A stretch of 64,000 nucleotides of DNA from Candidatus Delongbacteria bacterium (GCA_003252515.1 QKDR01000019.1:11110-75109), one strand, 5' to 3'. Positions 18,169-28,488 are shown, numbered from the stretch's first letter. The notes: a model not told the origin generated them from the letters alone. Program-made: numbers and translations.

Positions 18169-19623
18169 ATGGAAAAGATCAAAATGGACCTGTCAAATCT
18201 GAATAAAGTATTTCCTGATGATTTTACGCAGGAACAGATCGCGAAAGCGAAGACAGCTTTCCTGAAAAGACTTTCAGAAACCGCGCATAAATTCTACGGC
18301 GGAAAGATACAGACAGTACCGAAAGCCGGCGTTTTCGGGTTCAACTGGTTCAACGTATGGTATACTCCCGGTGTATCTAAAGTGTCAACCGACATAAGAG
18401 ATAACAACGACGTTTCTTTTGAATTGAGCAACAGAGGTAACCTGGTCGGCGTGGTCAGCGATTCTACAAGGGTTCTCGGAGACGGGGACTGTACTCCTTC
18501 CGGTGGACTCGGAGTAATGGAAGGTAAAGCGTTCTTAATGAAATATCTCGGAGGGGTCGACGCCGTGGCTCTCTGCGTTGACAGTAAAGGTAAGGACGGC
18601 AGGAACGATCCAGACAAGATCATAGAGTTCGTTAAAATGGTTCAGCACAGCTTCGGAGCGATAAACCTCGAAGATATTTCCCAGCCGAACTGCTTTAAAG
18701 TACTTGACGTCCTCCGTGAAGAATGCGACATTCCAGTCTGGCACGATGATGCTCAGGGAACCGCAAGCGTAACACTCGCGGGACTTCTGAATGCACTTAA
18801 GCTGGTAAAAAAAGATATTAAAGACGTTAAAATAGTACTCCTCGGAGCCGGCGCTTCGAACACAACGATAGCAAGGCTGATCATTACTGACGGAGCCGAT
18901 CCGGGAAACCTGATAATCTTCGACTCCAGAGGATCGCTCAACAAAAGCAGAGAGGACATCAAAGCGGATACCCGTTTCTACAGGAAGTGGGAACTCTGCG
19001 AGACCACGAACAAAGATCAGGTGACCGAAATCGCTGAAGCAATGAAAGGTTCTGATGTACTGATCGCGCTGTCAACTCCGGGTCCGGATACTGTAAAAAA
19101 GGAATGGATATCGGTCATGGCCGAAAAATCTATCGTATTCACATGTGCGAATCCCGTTCCGGAGATATATCCGTACGCCGCAAAAGAAGCCGGAGCCTAT
19201 ATCGTGGCGACAGGAAGAGGCGACTTCCCGAACCAGGTCAACAACTCGATAGGATTTCCGGGAATACTTAAAGGTGCTCTGATGGTCAGGGCGAAAAAGA
19301 TCACCGACAATATGGCTATAGCTGCAGCTCATTCACTGGCGGACTATGCAGAAAAAAGAGGTATCGATCCCGAGAATATCGTTCCGACAATGGATGAAGC
19401 GGAAGTCTTCCCTGTCGAAGCTGCCGATGTGGCAATGCAGGCAATCAGGGACGGTGTTGCAAGGATCAACATTACATGGGAAGAAGCTTTCAGTAAAGCA
19501 AAACAGGATATCGAATATTCCAGAAGCATGACAAAAACGCTGATGGATACCGGATATATCAAAACGCCGGAAGAAACCATGCTCCAGGAAGCGCTTGACT
19601 TCGCTATATCTCAGGTAAGGTAA
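18169..19623 (+). CDS. NAD(P)-dependent malic enzyme (malate dehydrogenase, oxaloacetate-decarboxylating)
   Basis: 484 aa with the malic-enzyme N-terminal domain (VWYTPGVS, VSDSTRVLGDGD) and a Rossmann fold (LLGAGASNTTIARLI). Confidence 0.85.
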   Translation: MEKIKMDLSNLNKVFPDDFTQEQIAKAKTAFLKRLSETAHKFYGGKIQTVPKAGVFGFNWFNVWYTPGVSKVSTDIRDNNDVSFELSNRGNLVGVVSDSTRVLGDGDCTPSGGLGVMEGKAFLMKYLGGVDAVALCVDSKGKDGRNDPDKIIEFVKMVQHSFGAINLEDISQPNCFKVLDVLREECDIPVWHDDAQGTASVTLAGLLNALKLVKKDIKDVKIVLLGAGASNTTIARLIITDGADPGNLIIFDSRGSLNKSREDIKADTRFYRKWELCETTNKDQVTEIAEAMKGSDVLIALSTPGPDTVKKEWISVMAEKSIVFTCANPVPEIYPYAAKEAGAYIVATGRGDFPNQVNNSIGFPGILKGALMVRAKKITDNMAIAAAHSLADYAEKRGIDPENIVPTMDEAEVFPVEAADVAMQAIRDGVARINITWEEAFSKAKQDIEYSRSMTKTLMDTGYIKTPEETMLQEALDFAISQVR

Positions 19624-19649
19624 AGATCTATAAAATAATACAATCATTT

Positions 19650-19679
19650 GATCAGCAGCTTTTATTGCTGATCTTTTTT
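19650..19679. terminator. Rho-independent terminator hairpin between the convergent malic-enzyme and DTW genes
   Basis: GATCAGCA-GCTTTTAT-TGCTGATC (8-bp stem) followed by TTTTTT. Confidence 0.6.
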
Positions 19680-20322
19680 AAAGTCTGCCATTATGAGTCT
19701 TGAAACTGTCGACTATTTTACGGAATATTCTGTACATCTCGTTTACGACAAGGCCGTTCTCGAGAATCTCAATTGCGTTGATTACAGCTTCGATAGTGGA
19801 TACTTTTTCAGGATCTTTTGAATCTCTCAGTTCATACTCGCCTTTCTGACCAGAAGGAAGTCTGACCCTTTTTATCCCCGCAAGCAGTTCCGATCTTGTC
19901 ATTTTCACGGCCTGATGGTAGTTCCCGTCCGGAACGATCAGATTGATCGGCTTATTCAGTCTGGAAATGAAGTTGTCATCGAGTACGTTCGAAGCGTGGG
20001 GGAAGAGCACGAGGTTTTCATATCCATCCATAATTACATCGCTTTCGGTAACATTCCCGTTAGGCGCACCTATGATAACTGTCTTCGAGTTCGTGAGCAT
20101 TAATTCCGCTATTTTACCGGTGTTGGTTGAGCGGGCGAACTCTTTAACGTGCATCAGAAGAGTGACTCGCGTTCTGAGGTCAAACTTGGTAATATCACGG
20201 CATATGCAGATACTTGTGAAAAGTCTGCAGACCGGACATTTTTTCGATACTCTTCTGCTGTGCGACAAAAATGCTCCTGATAATTTACCGGCAAATATAG
20301 CGCATTTCAAATAATGCCGCAA
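19678..20322 (-). CDS. DTW-domain protein (tRNA aminocarboxypropyltransferase-like)
   Basis: 214 aa. The N-terminal CPVCRLFTSICIC is a C-x2-C-x6-C-x-C motif, and the DG(N/T)(Y/W) region VPDGNYHQA fits the DTW family. Confidence 0.55.
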   Translation of the reverse strand: MRHYLKCAIFAGKLSGAFLSHSRRVSKKCPVCRLFTSICICRDITKFDLRTRVTLLMHVKEFARSTNTGKIAELMLTNSKTVIIGAPNGNVTESDVIMDGYENLVLFPHASNVLDDNFISRLNKPINLIVPDGNYHQAVKMTRSELLAGIKRVRLPSGQKGEYELRDSKDPEKVSTIEAVINAIEILENGLVVNEMYRIFRKIVDSFKTHNGRL

Positions 20323-20399
20323 AGAAAATATGACATTTAATGTAGTAAAGAACGGTTTAATTTGCTATATTTAGTATTTAAGAAAAACGGGATTACAAA

Positions 20400-21035
20400 A
20401 TGAACAAAAACATTATCGATCTTACTCATACGATAAACGAAAAAATGACGGTATTTCCGGGAGAACAGAAAGCTGAAGTGAACAGAATAAAAGTTTTCGA
20501 AAAAGACGGATACGCCGTAACTGAACTTAAACTGACGACGCATACGGGAACTCATATTGATGCACCGGGTCATCTGATAGGCGGAGGAAAAACACTCGAT
20601 CAGCTTCAGATGGGAGTATTTACCGGGAAAGCAGTATGTGTAAACTGTGAGGGTGTTCAGGAAATTTCTCTTAATTTGCTTAAGACATACAGTGAACTCA
20701 TCTCAAATGCAGATTTCGTTCTTTTCAATTCGGGCTGGTATAAAAAATGGAATTCAGAAGACTATTTCGATCAGTATCCTGTTCTGACAATTGAATCCGC
20801 AAAATTACTTTCTTCATTCGATCTGAAAGCCGTCGGTTTCGATTACATCTCCGTTGATCCTGTAAGTTCGACAGATCTTCCGCTGCATAAAACATTTCTG
20901 AGCAGAGACATACTTATAATCGAGAACCTCACCAGCCTCGATTTACTTCCGGCCGGTCTTTTCGATTTTTTCTGCATTCCGTTAAAAATAGAACTTTCCG
21001 ACGGTTCTCCGGTAAGAGCGTTCGCGTATGTATAA
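20400..21035 (+). CDS. Putative cyclase / kynurenine formamidase-family metal hydrolase
   Basis: 211 aa carrying the cyclase-family motif HTGTHIDAPGH. Confidence 0.75.
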   Translation: MNKNIIDLTHTINEKMTVFPGEQKAEVNRIKVFEKDGYAVTELKLTTHTGTHIDAPGHLIGGGKTLDQLQMGVFTGKAVCVNCEGVQEISLNLLKTYSELISNADFVLFNSGWYKKWNSEDYFDQYPVLTIESAKLLSSFDLKAVGFDYISVDPVSSTDLPLHKTFLSRDILIIENLTSLDLLPAGLFDFFCIPLKIELSDGSPVRAFAYV

Positions 21036-21036
21036 C

Positions 21037-21064
21037 TTATTGTATAAAATTTATTGTATAAAAT
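21037..21064 (+). repeat. Perfect tandem direct repeat, 2 x 14 nt (TTATTGTATAAAAT), in the efflux-operon promoter region
   Basis: Read directly from the sequence, 53 nt upstream of the ATG at 21117. It is a candidate operator. Confidence 0.5.
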
Positions 21065-21116
21065 AATATTTGATATGATACGTTAACTGTGTTGAACTGA
21101 AAATGGAGCGAATTTA

Positions 21117-22454
21117 ATGAAATATTTTACAGTCTTAATCATATCAATTTCGACTCTTTTGAGCGCTGAGACAGTATCTCTCGAAAAAGCAAAAGCTTCG
21201 GCCCTGGAAAATAATTACGGTTACGCGATAGCCAAAGAAACGCTTAATTATTCCGAACTGTCGACCAAAAGCGCCTTCGCCGGATTTCTGCCGACGGCAA
21301 GTTTCAGTGCAGGTTACACTCTTTACACACCTGAAGTTGAAATAAGTTCATTCAATTTCACGACAATGTCTTCAGTAAGTATGACTCAGGAAGACAGAAC
21401 GGCATTCTCCATCCGTGTTTCACAGCCCCTTTTTACGGGCGGAAAAGTCTGGAACAATTATAAAATAGCATCAGGATCGGAAGAGATGAGCAGGAATACG
21501 CTGACATCTGAAATGTTCAAATTGTTGGCTGACGTAGAGTCTCAGTACTTAAGCGTTCTTGAAGCTCAGGAAATGATGAAGATCGCTGAGGAATCCATAG
21601 TGCTGTCAAAAAAGAACGAGGAAACGGCTAAGATAAAATTCGATTCGGGTCTGATCTCAAGGGCGGATTTTCTCAAGAATTCGTCTGCCCGGGCGTCCAG
21701 CGAAGTATCACTCGTGAACGCGGAGAAAATATTACAGCTTGCAAGGATATCATTTTCAAATATTACGGGTCTTAAGGAATTCGAACTGGAAACTCTTGAA
21801 CACGAAAAATGCGAGGATATAATTAAAGGCCTGTGTAATATGGAGCCTGCAGATATAACACTGAAAGTTCAGAGGCTCAGGGAAGTCGCTTTAAAAAATA
21901 ATATCGACTTGAAGAACGCGGTTCTGGGAAGAGAGATAAATGAAAAGAAAATATCGGTCTCGAAAGGCAGTTTCCTGCCTACACTAAGTCTTTCTTACAG
22001 CACTGAATGGTCAAAAACGAACCTGACTGACGAATACTCGAATTCGGGTGCTGTAGCTCTTTCAGCTTCTGTTCCGATCTTGCCGCTTTACGATAATTAT
22101 ATTACACTTGAAAAGAGCAGGATAGACTTGAAAAGATCAGAATTATCCGAAAAACAGCTTGAGGATAATATATCAACGCTGATAAATACATACTTGTATA
22201 CTCTTGTATCAGGATCAAAACAGCTTCAGAGCTCCATCACTGCGGTAGAACTGGCCGACGAGACGTACAAAAGCGTAGAAGAAAGAGCAAATTCCGGTTT
22301 GTCGACAGAGGATGAGCTCAATACGGCAAGGCTTTCACTTATCCAGGCTAAATATGATCAGACTTCAGTATATTATTCTATCCTGAAAACAAAAACCGAG
22401 CTTATGAGAGTACTCGGGATCACTGACGGCAACGAACTTCTTAAACTGTTTTAA
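21117..22454 (+). CDS. TolC-family outer-membrane efflux protein
   Basis: 445 aa with a signal peptide and an internally duplicated alpha/beta structure with coiled-coil segments. It is the first gene of an OMP-adaptor-RND operon. Confidence 0.75.
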   Translation: MKYFTVLIISISTLLSAETVSLEKAKASALENNYGYAIAKETLNYSELSTKSAFAGFLPTASFSAGYTLYTPEVEISSFNFTTMSSVSMTQEDRTAFSIRVSQPLFTGGKVWNNYKIASGSEEMSRNTLTSEMFKLLADVESQYLSVLEAQEMMKIAEESIVLSKKNEETAKIKFDSGLISRADFLKNSSARASSEVSLVNAEKILQLARISFSNITGLKEFELETLEHEKCEDIIKGLCNMEPADITLKVQRLREVALKNNIDLKNAVLGREINEKKISVSKGSFLPTLSLSYSTEWSKTNLTDEYSNSGAVALSASVPILPLYDNYITLEKSRIDLKRSELSEKQLEDNISTLINTYLYTLVSGSKQLQSSITAVELADETYKSVEERANSGLSTEDELNTARLSLIQAKYDQTSVYYSILKTKTELMRVLGITDGNELLKLF

Positions 22455-22465
22455 AAAGGGGACCT

Positions 22466-23575
22466 TTGATGAAAAAGATGACTTATTTAATTTCGATAGC
22501 GATCCTGATATTGACTTCATGCTCAAAAAGTACCGATGCTGCCAAAAAACCGGGACAGTCCGGAATGCAGGATTCACCTCCCGTAACTGTCAAAGTTGAG
22601 AAAGTTCAGCCTAGGGATCTTCAGCTGTATGCCGAAATAACCGGAAAGCTTGAAGGTATCACCGATATCGTTTATTACAGCGAAGTGGCGGGGAAAGTAA
22701 AATCAATAGAGAAAAAACTCGGCGACAGTGTGAAGAAAGGCGAGGCTATCGCTTATCTGGATTCAAAAAATTATCAGATATCCTACGATCAGGCTAAATC
22801 CGAGCTTAAATCAGCCGAAGCCGGACTGGATGCGCTGAAATTGAAGGCTGAGACCACGAAGAAACTGTTCGAGTCCGGGAAAGTATCGAAGTACGAACTT
22901 ACCAACGACGAAAGCTCGCTTAAGAAAGCCGAAGCGGCAGTAGACGCCGCAAAAGCCGGTCTGGAGCGCGCAAGAATAAATTACGAGAACTCCAAATTCC
23001 TTTCGCCGGTCGTCGGCTCTATTGCGCAACTTAATATCAAGGAAGGCCAGTTCGTGGCGACCGGTCAGGCCGTCGCCTCTATTGTCGACTGCAGAAAGCT
23101 TCTGATAAAAACGGGAGTTACCGAAAATGACATCGTGTCGCTTAAAAACGGAAGTCCCGTGGAGATAAAACACAACGGATCGGAGAAAATAATTTATGGG
23201 GAAGTGACAGGTTCAGGGAAAAAACCCGATGCGACAGGCAATTATCCTGTTGAAATAGAGATTGACAATTCAGGGAACGCGCTCCTTCCGGGAATGATAG
23301 TAAGAGGAAAGATCGAATCCGCAAGACTTGAGAATATGATTTATACGGATTTTGACAATATTATAGAAGAATTCGGTAATTATTTCGTATATGTGATCGG
23401 ATCGCAGAACAAAGCTGAAAAGCGTAAGATCACTCTGGGGAGGAAATACGGGAATACTATCATTATAGCTTCAGGTGTAAAAACCGGCGATATGATGGTT
23501 GTGTCAGGCATAGACGCTTTAAAAGACGGTGCTGAAGTAAGAGTGTTCGGAAGCGCTAAAAAGAACGAAAAATAA
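22466..23575 (+). CDS. Efflux RND periplasmic adaptor (membrane fusion protein), lipoprotein
   Basis: 369 aa with the lipobox LTSC, coiled-coil hairpin, lipoyl-like and beta-barrel regions typical of HlyD/AcrA. Confidence 0.8.
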   Translation: MMKKMTYLISIAILILTSCSKSTDAAKKPGQSGMQDSPPVTVKVEKVQPRDLQLYAEITGKLEGITDIVYYSEVAGKVKSIEKKLGDSVKKGEAIAYLDSKNYQISYDQAKSELKSAEAGLDALKLKAETTKKLFESGKVSKYELTNDESSLKKAEAAVDAAKAGLERARINYENSKFLSPVVGSIAQLNIKEGQFVATGQAVASIVDCRKLLIKTGVTENDIVSLKNGSPVEIKHNGSEKIIYGEVTGSGKKPDATGNYPVEIEIDNSGNALLPGMIVRGKIESARLENMIYTDFDNIIEEFGNYFVYVIGSQNKAEKRKITLGRKYGNTIIIASGVKTGDMMVVSGIDALKDGAEVRVFGSAKKNEK

Positions 23576-23588
23576 TTCTCCGGGGCCA

Positions 23589-26500
23589 ATGATGAACCTT
23601 CCAAAATTTTCAGTATCAAATCCCGTACTTATAAATATGGTGATGATAATTATATTTATTCTAGGGATTTTTTATACATATAGAATACCTAAAGAATCCA
23701 TGCCACAGATAGAATGGGGATCTTTCATGATAAACGTCGCATACCCCGGGGTCGCACCTGATGAGATTGAGACGCTGATCATTCAGGAGATCGAGGACGA
23801 ACTTTCAGATCTGACCGATATTGACTATATAAGTTCCACGGCGTACGAGGGAAGAGCGGTCATATTCGTGAACCTTAACGCCGGAGTTGACTTAGACAAG
23901 GCGTGGAACGACGTGTCCAGAGAGCTCGACAAGGTAAGAGGTCTGCCCGAGGACGCTACAGATCCGTTCATGCAGAACATGAGCATGAGAGAGCTTAAAT
24001 CGGTCTGTACCGTCGCGATCGAAGGCGAGAAATACACTCCGGACGGCATAAGAAGGATATCCGAGCAGATAAAGGACGATCTGGCGAAGATCAATTACGT
24101 TTCCAAGGTAGAGCTGAAGGGAGCTAAGGTAAGAGAGATCAGGATCGAGCCGGACCTGAATAAAATGGAATATTTCAACATCGGGTTTTCTGATATTGAG
24201 ACAGCTGTACAGGCCAAGAACCTCAATCTGCCGGGCGGTACTGTAATGGCCGGAAAATCGGAAGTGCTTGTGCGAACTATGGGACAGTTCGAGTCGGTCA
24301 ATCAGATAGAATACGTGGTACTGAAAGCTTTCGACAACGGATCTGTCCTCAGGGTCAGAGATATTGCGAAAGTGATCGATACTTACGAAGATGTGAACGT
24401 TAAAACAAGGCTGGACGGGAAAGAGAGTCTGAATCTGTACGTTTATCAGAACGCTGACGGTAACATTCTTGATATAATAAAAGACATCAGAAGTTACATA
24501 AAAACTATTCCCGAAAAATATACCGACGTACGGGCAAGAGTAGTGAACGACGACTCTATATCTGTCAGAAGCAATATTAATACTCTTTCTATGTCGGCCC
24601 TTTTAGGTATTATACTGGTATTTATAACACTTTATGTTTTTATAGGATGGAGGAACGCAGTATTCGCGGCTATGGGGATCCCGTTCTCTTTTATGATGAC
24701 CTTCTGGCTGATGCAGTATTTCGGGATAACGATAAACAATCTGAGCCTTTTCGCCCTCGTTCTGGTGCTGGGTATGGTCGTGGATGACGCTATAGTGGTG
24801 ATCGAAAACGTGCACAGGAACATTGAAGACGGAATGAGCCCTGAAGACGCCGCCGTGAAAGGCGCGGGAGAAGTCATGTGGCCGGTTATTGCAGCCGTAC
24901 TTACTACGATAGCCGCTTTTCTGCCTCTTCTTATGATGGAAGGTCATATGGGCAGGTTCCTGGGAGTTTTTCCGAAAGTTGTTTCGCTTGCGCTTTTCGC
25001 TTCGCTTTTCGAAGCACTTCTCATACTGCCGTCACATCTGGCCGACTTCTCGAAACCTCACGATAAAACCAAAGCTGAAGGACATTTCTATAAAAAACTC
25101 GTAAAAAAATATTCCGCCGTGCTCATCGGATTTTTGAAGAGAAGGACACTTGTCATGACTGTTGTTGTTCTTGCGCTGCTGGCTTCAATGTTCACTGTCG
25201 TAAAAGGGCTTGTCAAGTTTGAGTTCTTTCCAAAAACAGCTCCGACTACAATTACAATAAAAGCTGAGACATTTGCAGGAACCCATCTGGAGAAAACCGA
25301 TTCTCTGACGCGTGTGATCGAGAACTTCGTGATGAACATGCCCTATCAGGAGAACTTCAAAGCGCTCAATACGAATGTCGGACAGCAGCAGGACAGGGCA
25401 TTCTGGGATGAATCGACCAATCTTATAGAGCTCCGGCTTGACCTTATAGATGCTGACAGCCTGACAGTTGATCTGAATGTCGTAAACTCCGAGATAAGGA
25501 AGTTCCTCAACGGCATGCAGGAGATCGTCAGCTATAAATTCTCTACCGGCAGAAGCGGACCTCCGACCGGTGAGGATGTCGAGATAAGGATCCTCGGTGA
25601 CGATCTGAAAAGGCTGCAGGAGCTGTCTGAAAAGGTTAAAGGTGTAGTATCATCAATTTCCGGTGTCAAAGATGTCGAAGACAATTTCGATGCGGGAAAG
25701 AAGGAAATGAAGATCTATCCCGACTACGAGAAACTTATGCTCTACGGTATCAGTGTTTCCGAGCTGGCGGCTTTTATCAGGACAGCATCGGTGGGCAAAA
25801 TCATATCGGAATATTCGGAAAGATCTGACAAGTACAATATCAGGGTTATACTTCCCGATGATCAGTTCAATTCTATCGATAAAGTACGCAACATGAAGAT
25901 GAATACGCGTACAGGCATGAAGATCGTGCTCAAGGATGTGGCCGAATTTGAGATTTCCAACACTATTTCAAGGATAGTCAGAAGGGACGGAAAGAGGACT
26001 GTAACGATCACAGGTAATGTCGGCACATATACGGAGAACGGGAAAACCATGATGAGAACTCCTGATGAGGCTAACGAACTGCTGTTCGGCAACAAGATCA
26101 AAGGTATAACCGGTAAGCTTGAGAACTTCGATAGAGAAAATCCCGGTTACAGGATAGAGGTGGGCGGTGCCAGCGACGAACGGGCTAAGAGTTTTCATTC
26201 TCTTTATATTGCTTTCGTAATAGCCCTGATCATGATATATATGATACTAGGTACCCAGTTCAAATCGTACGTACAGCCACTCATCGTGATGATAACCATA
26301 CCTTTCGCGTTCATCGGGGTCATCTTCGGGCTCGTGGTCACGAACACGCCTTTTTCGATCCTTTCCATGATCGCAGTGGTCGCGCTTGCCGGCATCGTCG
26401 TGAACGACTCGATCGTTTTTGTTGACTTTATCAATAAAGAAAGGGAAAAAGGAATTGACCGCTGGAACAGCCTCATAAATGCCGGCATGACAAGGCTGAG

Positions 26501-26759
26501 GCCGATAATTCTTACAACCGTAACGACCATCTTCGGACTTGTACCTATGATAATATCCCAGTCGGAGTCGGTCAGGATGTGGAAGCCAATGGCGGTCAGC
26601 ATATCGTTCGGGCTCGGGTTCGCGACTATTCTTACGCTTCTGGTACTTCCAGTAGTATATTCACTCATAGACAGTTTGGCCTGCAGGTGCAGCGGAACGC
26701 AGAAGATGAGACTGACGGATGCTCTGGGCCTTCGTAAAGAAAAAGGTTACGATAAATAA
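23589..26759 (+). CDS. RND efflux transporter permease (AcrB/CzcA family)
   Basis: 1056 aa with 12 predicted TM helices and two large periplasmic loops. Conserved RND motifs are present (GMVVDDAIVVIENV, VVNDSIVFVDF). Confidence 0.9.
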   Translation: MMNLPKFSVSNPVLINMVMIIIFILGIFYTYRIPKESMPQIEWGSFMINVAYPGVAPDEIETLIIQEIEDELSDLTDIDYISSTAYEGRAVIFVNLNAGVDLDKAWNDVSRELDKVRGLPEDATDPFMQNMSMRELKSVCTVAIEGEKYTPDGIRRISEQIKDDLAKINYVSKVELKGAKVREIRIEPDLNKMEYFNIGFSDIETAVQAKNLNLPGGTVMAGKSEVLVRTMGQFESVNQIEYVVLKAFDNGSVLRVRDIAKVIDTYEDVNVKTRLDGKESLNLYVYQNADGNILDIIKDIRSYIKTIPEKYTDVRARVVNDDSISVRSNINTLSMSALLGIILVFITLYVFIGWRNAVFAAMGIPFSFMMTFWLMQYFGITINNLSLFALVLVLGMVVDDAIVVIENVHRNIEDGMSPEDAAVKGAGEVMWPVIAAVLTTIAAFLPLLMMEGHMGRFLGVFPKVVSLALFASLFEALLILPSHLADFSKPHDKTKAEGHFYKKLVKKYSAVLIGFLKRRTLVMTVVVLALLASMFTVVKGLVKFEFFPKTAPTTITIKAETFAGTHLEKTDSLTRVIENFVMNMPYQENFKALNTNVGQQQDRAFWDESTNLIELRLDLIDADSLTVDLNVVNSEIRKFLNGMQEIVSYKFSTGRSGPPTGEDVEIRILGDDLKRLQELSEKVKGVVSSISGVKDVEDNFDAGKKEMKIYPDYEKLMLYGISVSELAAFIRTASVGKIISEYSERSDKYNIRVILPDDQFNSIDKVRNMKMNTRTGMKIVLKDVAEFEISNTISRIVRRDGKRTVTITGNVGTYTENGKTMMRTPDEANELLFGNKIKGITGKLENFDRENPGYRIEVGGASDERAKSFHSLYIAFVIALIMIYMILGTQFKSYVQPLIVMITIPFAFIGVIFGLVVTNTPFSILSMIAVVALAGIVVNDSIVFVDFINKEREKGIDRWNSLINAGMTRLRPIILTTVTTIFGLVPMIISQSESVRMWKPMAVSISFGLGFATILTLLVLPVVYSLIDSLACRCSGTQKMRLTDALGLRKEKGYDK

Positions 26760-26832
26760 TTTATATATTTCGCTTGCTTTCGGATTAACACTTAGCTATT
26801 TTGCTAATAGAGAGTAAAATAGGAGAAGTGTT

Positions 26833-28488
26833 ATGAAGAAGTTTGTACTTTTAGTTTTATTAGTTGTATTGTCTGTTTTTGCCGGATCACCTAAATTGTA
26901 TTACATCTCAATTGAGGATCAATGGGATGGAGTATATGATTTTACAAAATTCCCTTACGATAATGTTACGTTCGAATTCTGGATCTCAGGAAGGGAATAT
27001 GACATATGTGATCAGAATGGGATAATGTGTGGGTATGACGATTTTGATATGGGAATCTCAGCCATCTATCTTGATCTGCAGAATTTTCAGGAGACTTGGA
27101 ATTTTAATGACATCCTGAATATCAGAATCAAACAGGATGATAATCCTTTCGATACACTCTGGTTCGAGGCGGTTTTAGCGGAGACACTCGACGGAACAGC
27201 AGACCCGGTATTTATCGGATTTACAGATGATCCGATCGCGCTGGGTCTGATAGCAGGAGGATCTGACATATCAACAATAACTTATCCGTGCGTAACGACA
27301 CCGGCATCGGATATAAACCTGGTCGGACTGCCATTTGATAACGGCTGGACAAAAGCATCCAATTTCGATCCGTCAGGCACGAATATGGACGCAGTATCTC
27401 ACTGGAGCGCCGAACATCAGGGATGGTATACGGCAGGTCATCACCCGTCGCTGGGATGGGGAACTGATTTTGAAGTCGGGACCGGCAATGCCTACATGAT
27501 CAACGCGCTTAATAATTTTGATTTTACAGTAACGGGTCAGTATGTTAAAGAGGATTACGACCTGTTCCCGACGGCAGGTACTGATATCAATATGGTACTT
27601 CATCCTGTTTTTAAATATCAGTTGGATTCTCTATCTGAAATAGGCGATGACATTGGTACTGATTATCTTAGTACATTATCGAAATGGGATAATATCAATC
27701 AGCATTGGATTTCAACAGCATATAATGTGATAATCGGCTGGTTTGGTGATCAGTTTTCTCAGGCGGGAGATGGTCTTATTCTAAATATGAAAGACAGTAT
27801 CAACTGGCCAGGATCAAAGAATACGGTAAAAGGCGGCGGAATTCCCAGAGTTGCGTATTTCAATCTTGTAAATGTCTCTACGGGAAAAGCTCTAACTTAT
27901 GACGAATACAGGTTGATCGAATTTGATGCATGGATCGACCAGAGACCGTCAGAAATACTTCATGAGTACAGTTACGGCTGCGGTTTTACGATGATCGATA
28001 CTTTAAGCGTTGCATACGTGGAGGTCAGCAATTTTACATCCGGGTGGGATCCGGGTGAGTATCTGAATATAAGATTTACGAATTTCGATTCAATGTGGGG
28101 CTGGGAGATACTGGATAATTATCTTGATGGATCAGGATCACCTTTATATATTGGATTTGAGCCAATAATTCCAAGATCAGGTCTTCCAGGCCTGATTTCT
28201 ATGGATCATGTAATTCCTATTTGTAGCGTGGACTTAAATATCGAATGTGAGATCTTCAGCTCGGTAGCTTTATTATCATGGGGGTTTAACGGTTATTCGA
28301 TCTTCCATGTATATACTTCCGATACGCCTTACGGTGAATTCATACTTGCAGGAACAGTTGAACATCAGTATGAATGGTCTGAACCGATAGCGGAAGATAA
28401 AAAGTTCTATCATGTGAGATCTTCAAGCGGCGACAGCGAGCCTCCCAAAACGATTTATATAAGTGTTGACGGTGAAGTTAGTGAATGA
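26833..28488 (+). CDS. Secreted hypothetical protein with two copies of an unrecognised domain (paralog of the next gene)
   Basis: 551 aa with a signal peptide. Residues ~20-150 and ~345-440 share motifs with each other and with the N-terminal domain of the next ORF (AWIDxRP, DNPF, IGF). An SD motif AGGAGA lies 7 nt upstream. Confidence 0.5.
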   Translation: MKKFVLLVLLVVLSVFAGSPKLYYISIEDQWDGVYDFTKFPYDNVTFEFWISGREYDICDQNGIMCGYDDFDMGISAIYLDLQNFQETWNFNDILNIRIKQDDNPFDTLWFEAVLAETLDGTADPVFIGFTDDPIALGLIAGGSDISTITYPCVTTPASDINLVGLPFDNGWTKASNFDPSGTNMDAVSHWSAEHQGWYTAGHHPSLGWGTDFEVGTGNAYMINALNNFDFTVTGQYVKEDYDLFPTAGTDINMVLHPVFKYQLDSLSEIGDDIGTDYLSTLSKWDNINQHWISTAYNVIIGWFGDQFSQAGDGLILNMKDSINWPGSKNTVKGGGIPRVAYFNLVNVSTGKALTYDEYRLIEFDAWIDQRPSEILHEYSYGCGFTMIDTLSVAYVEVSNFTSGWDPGEYLNIRFTNFDSMWGWEILDNYLDGSGSPLYIGFEPIIPRSGLPGLISMDHVIPICSVDLNIECEIFSSVALLSWGFNGYSIFHVYTSDTPYGEFILAGTVEHQYEWSEPIAEDKKFYHVRSSSGDSEPPKTIYISVDGEVSE

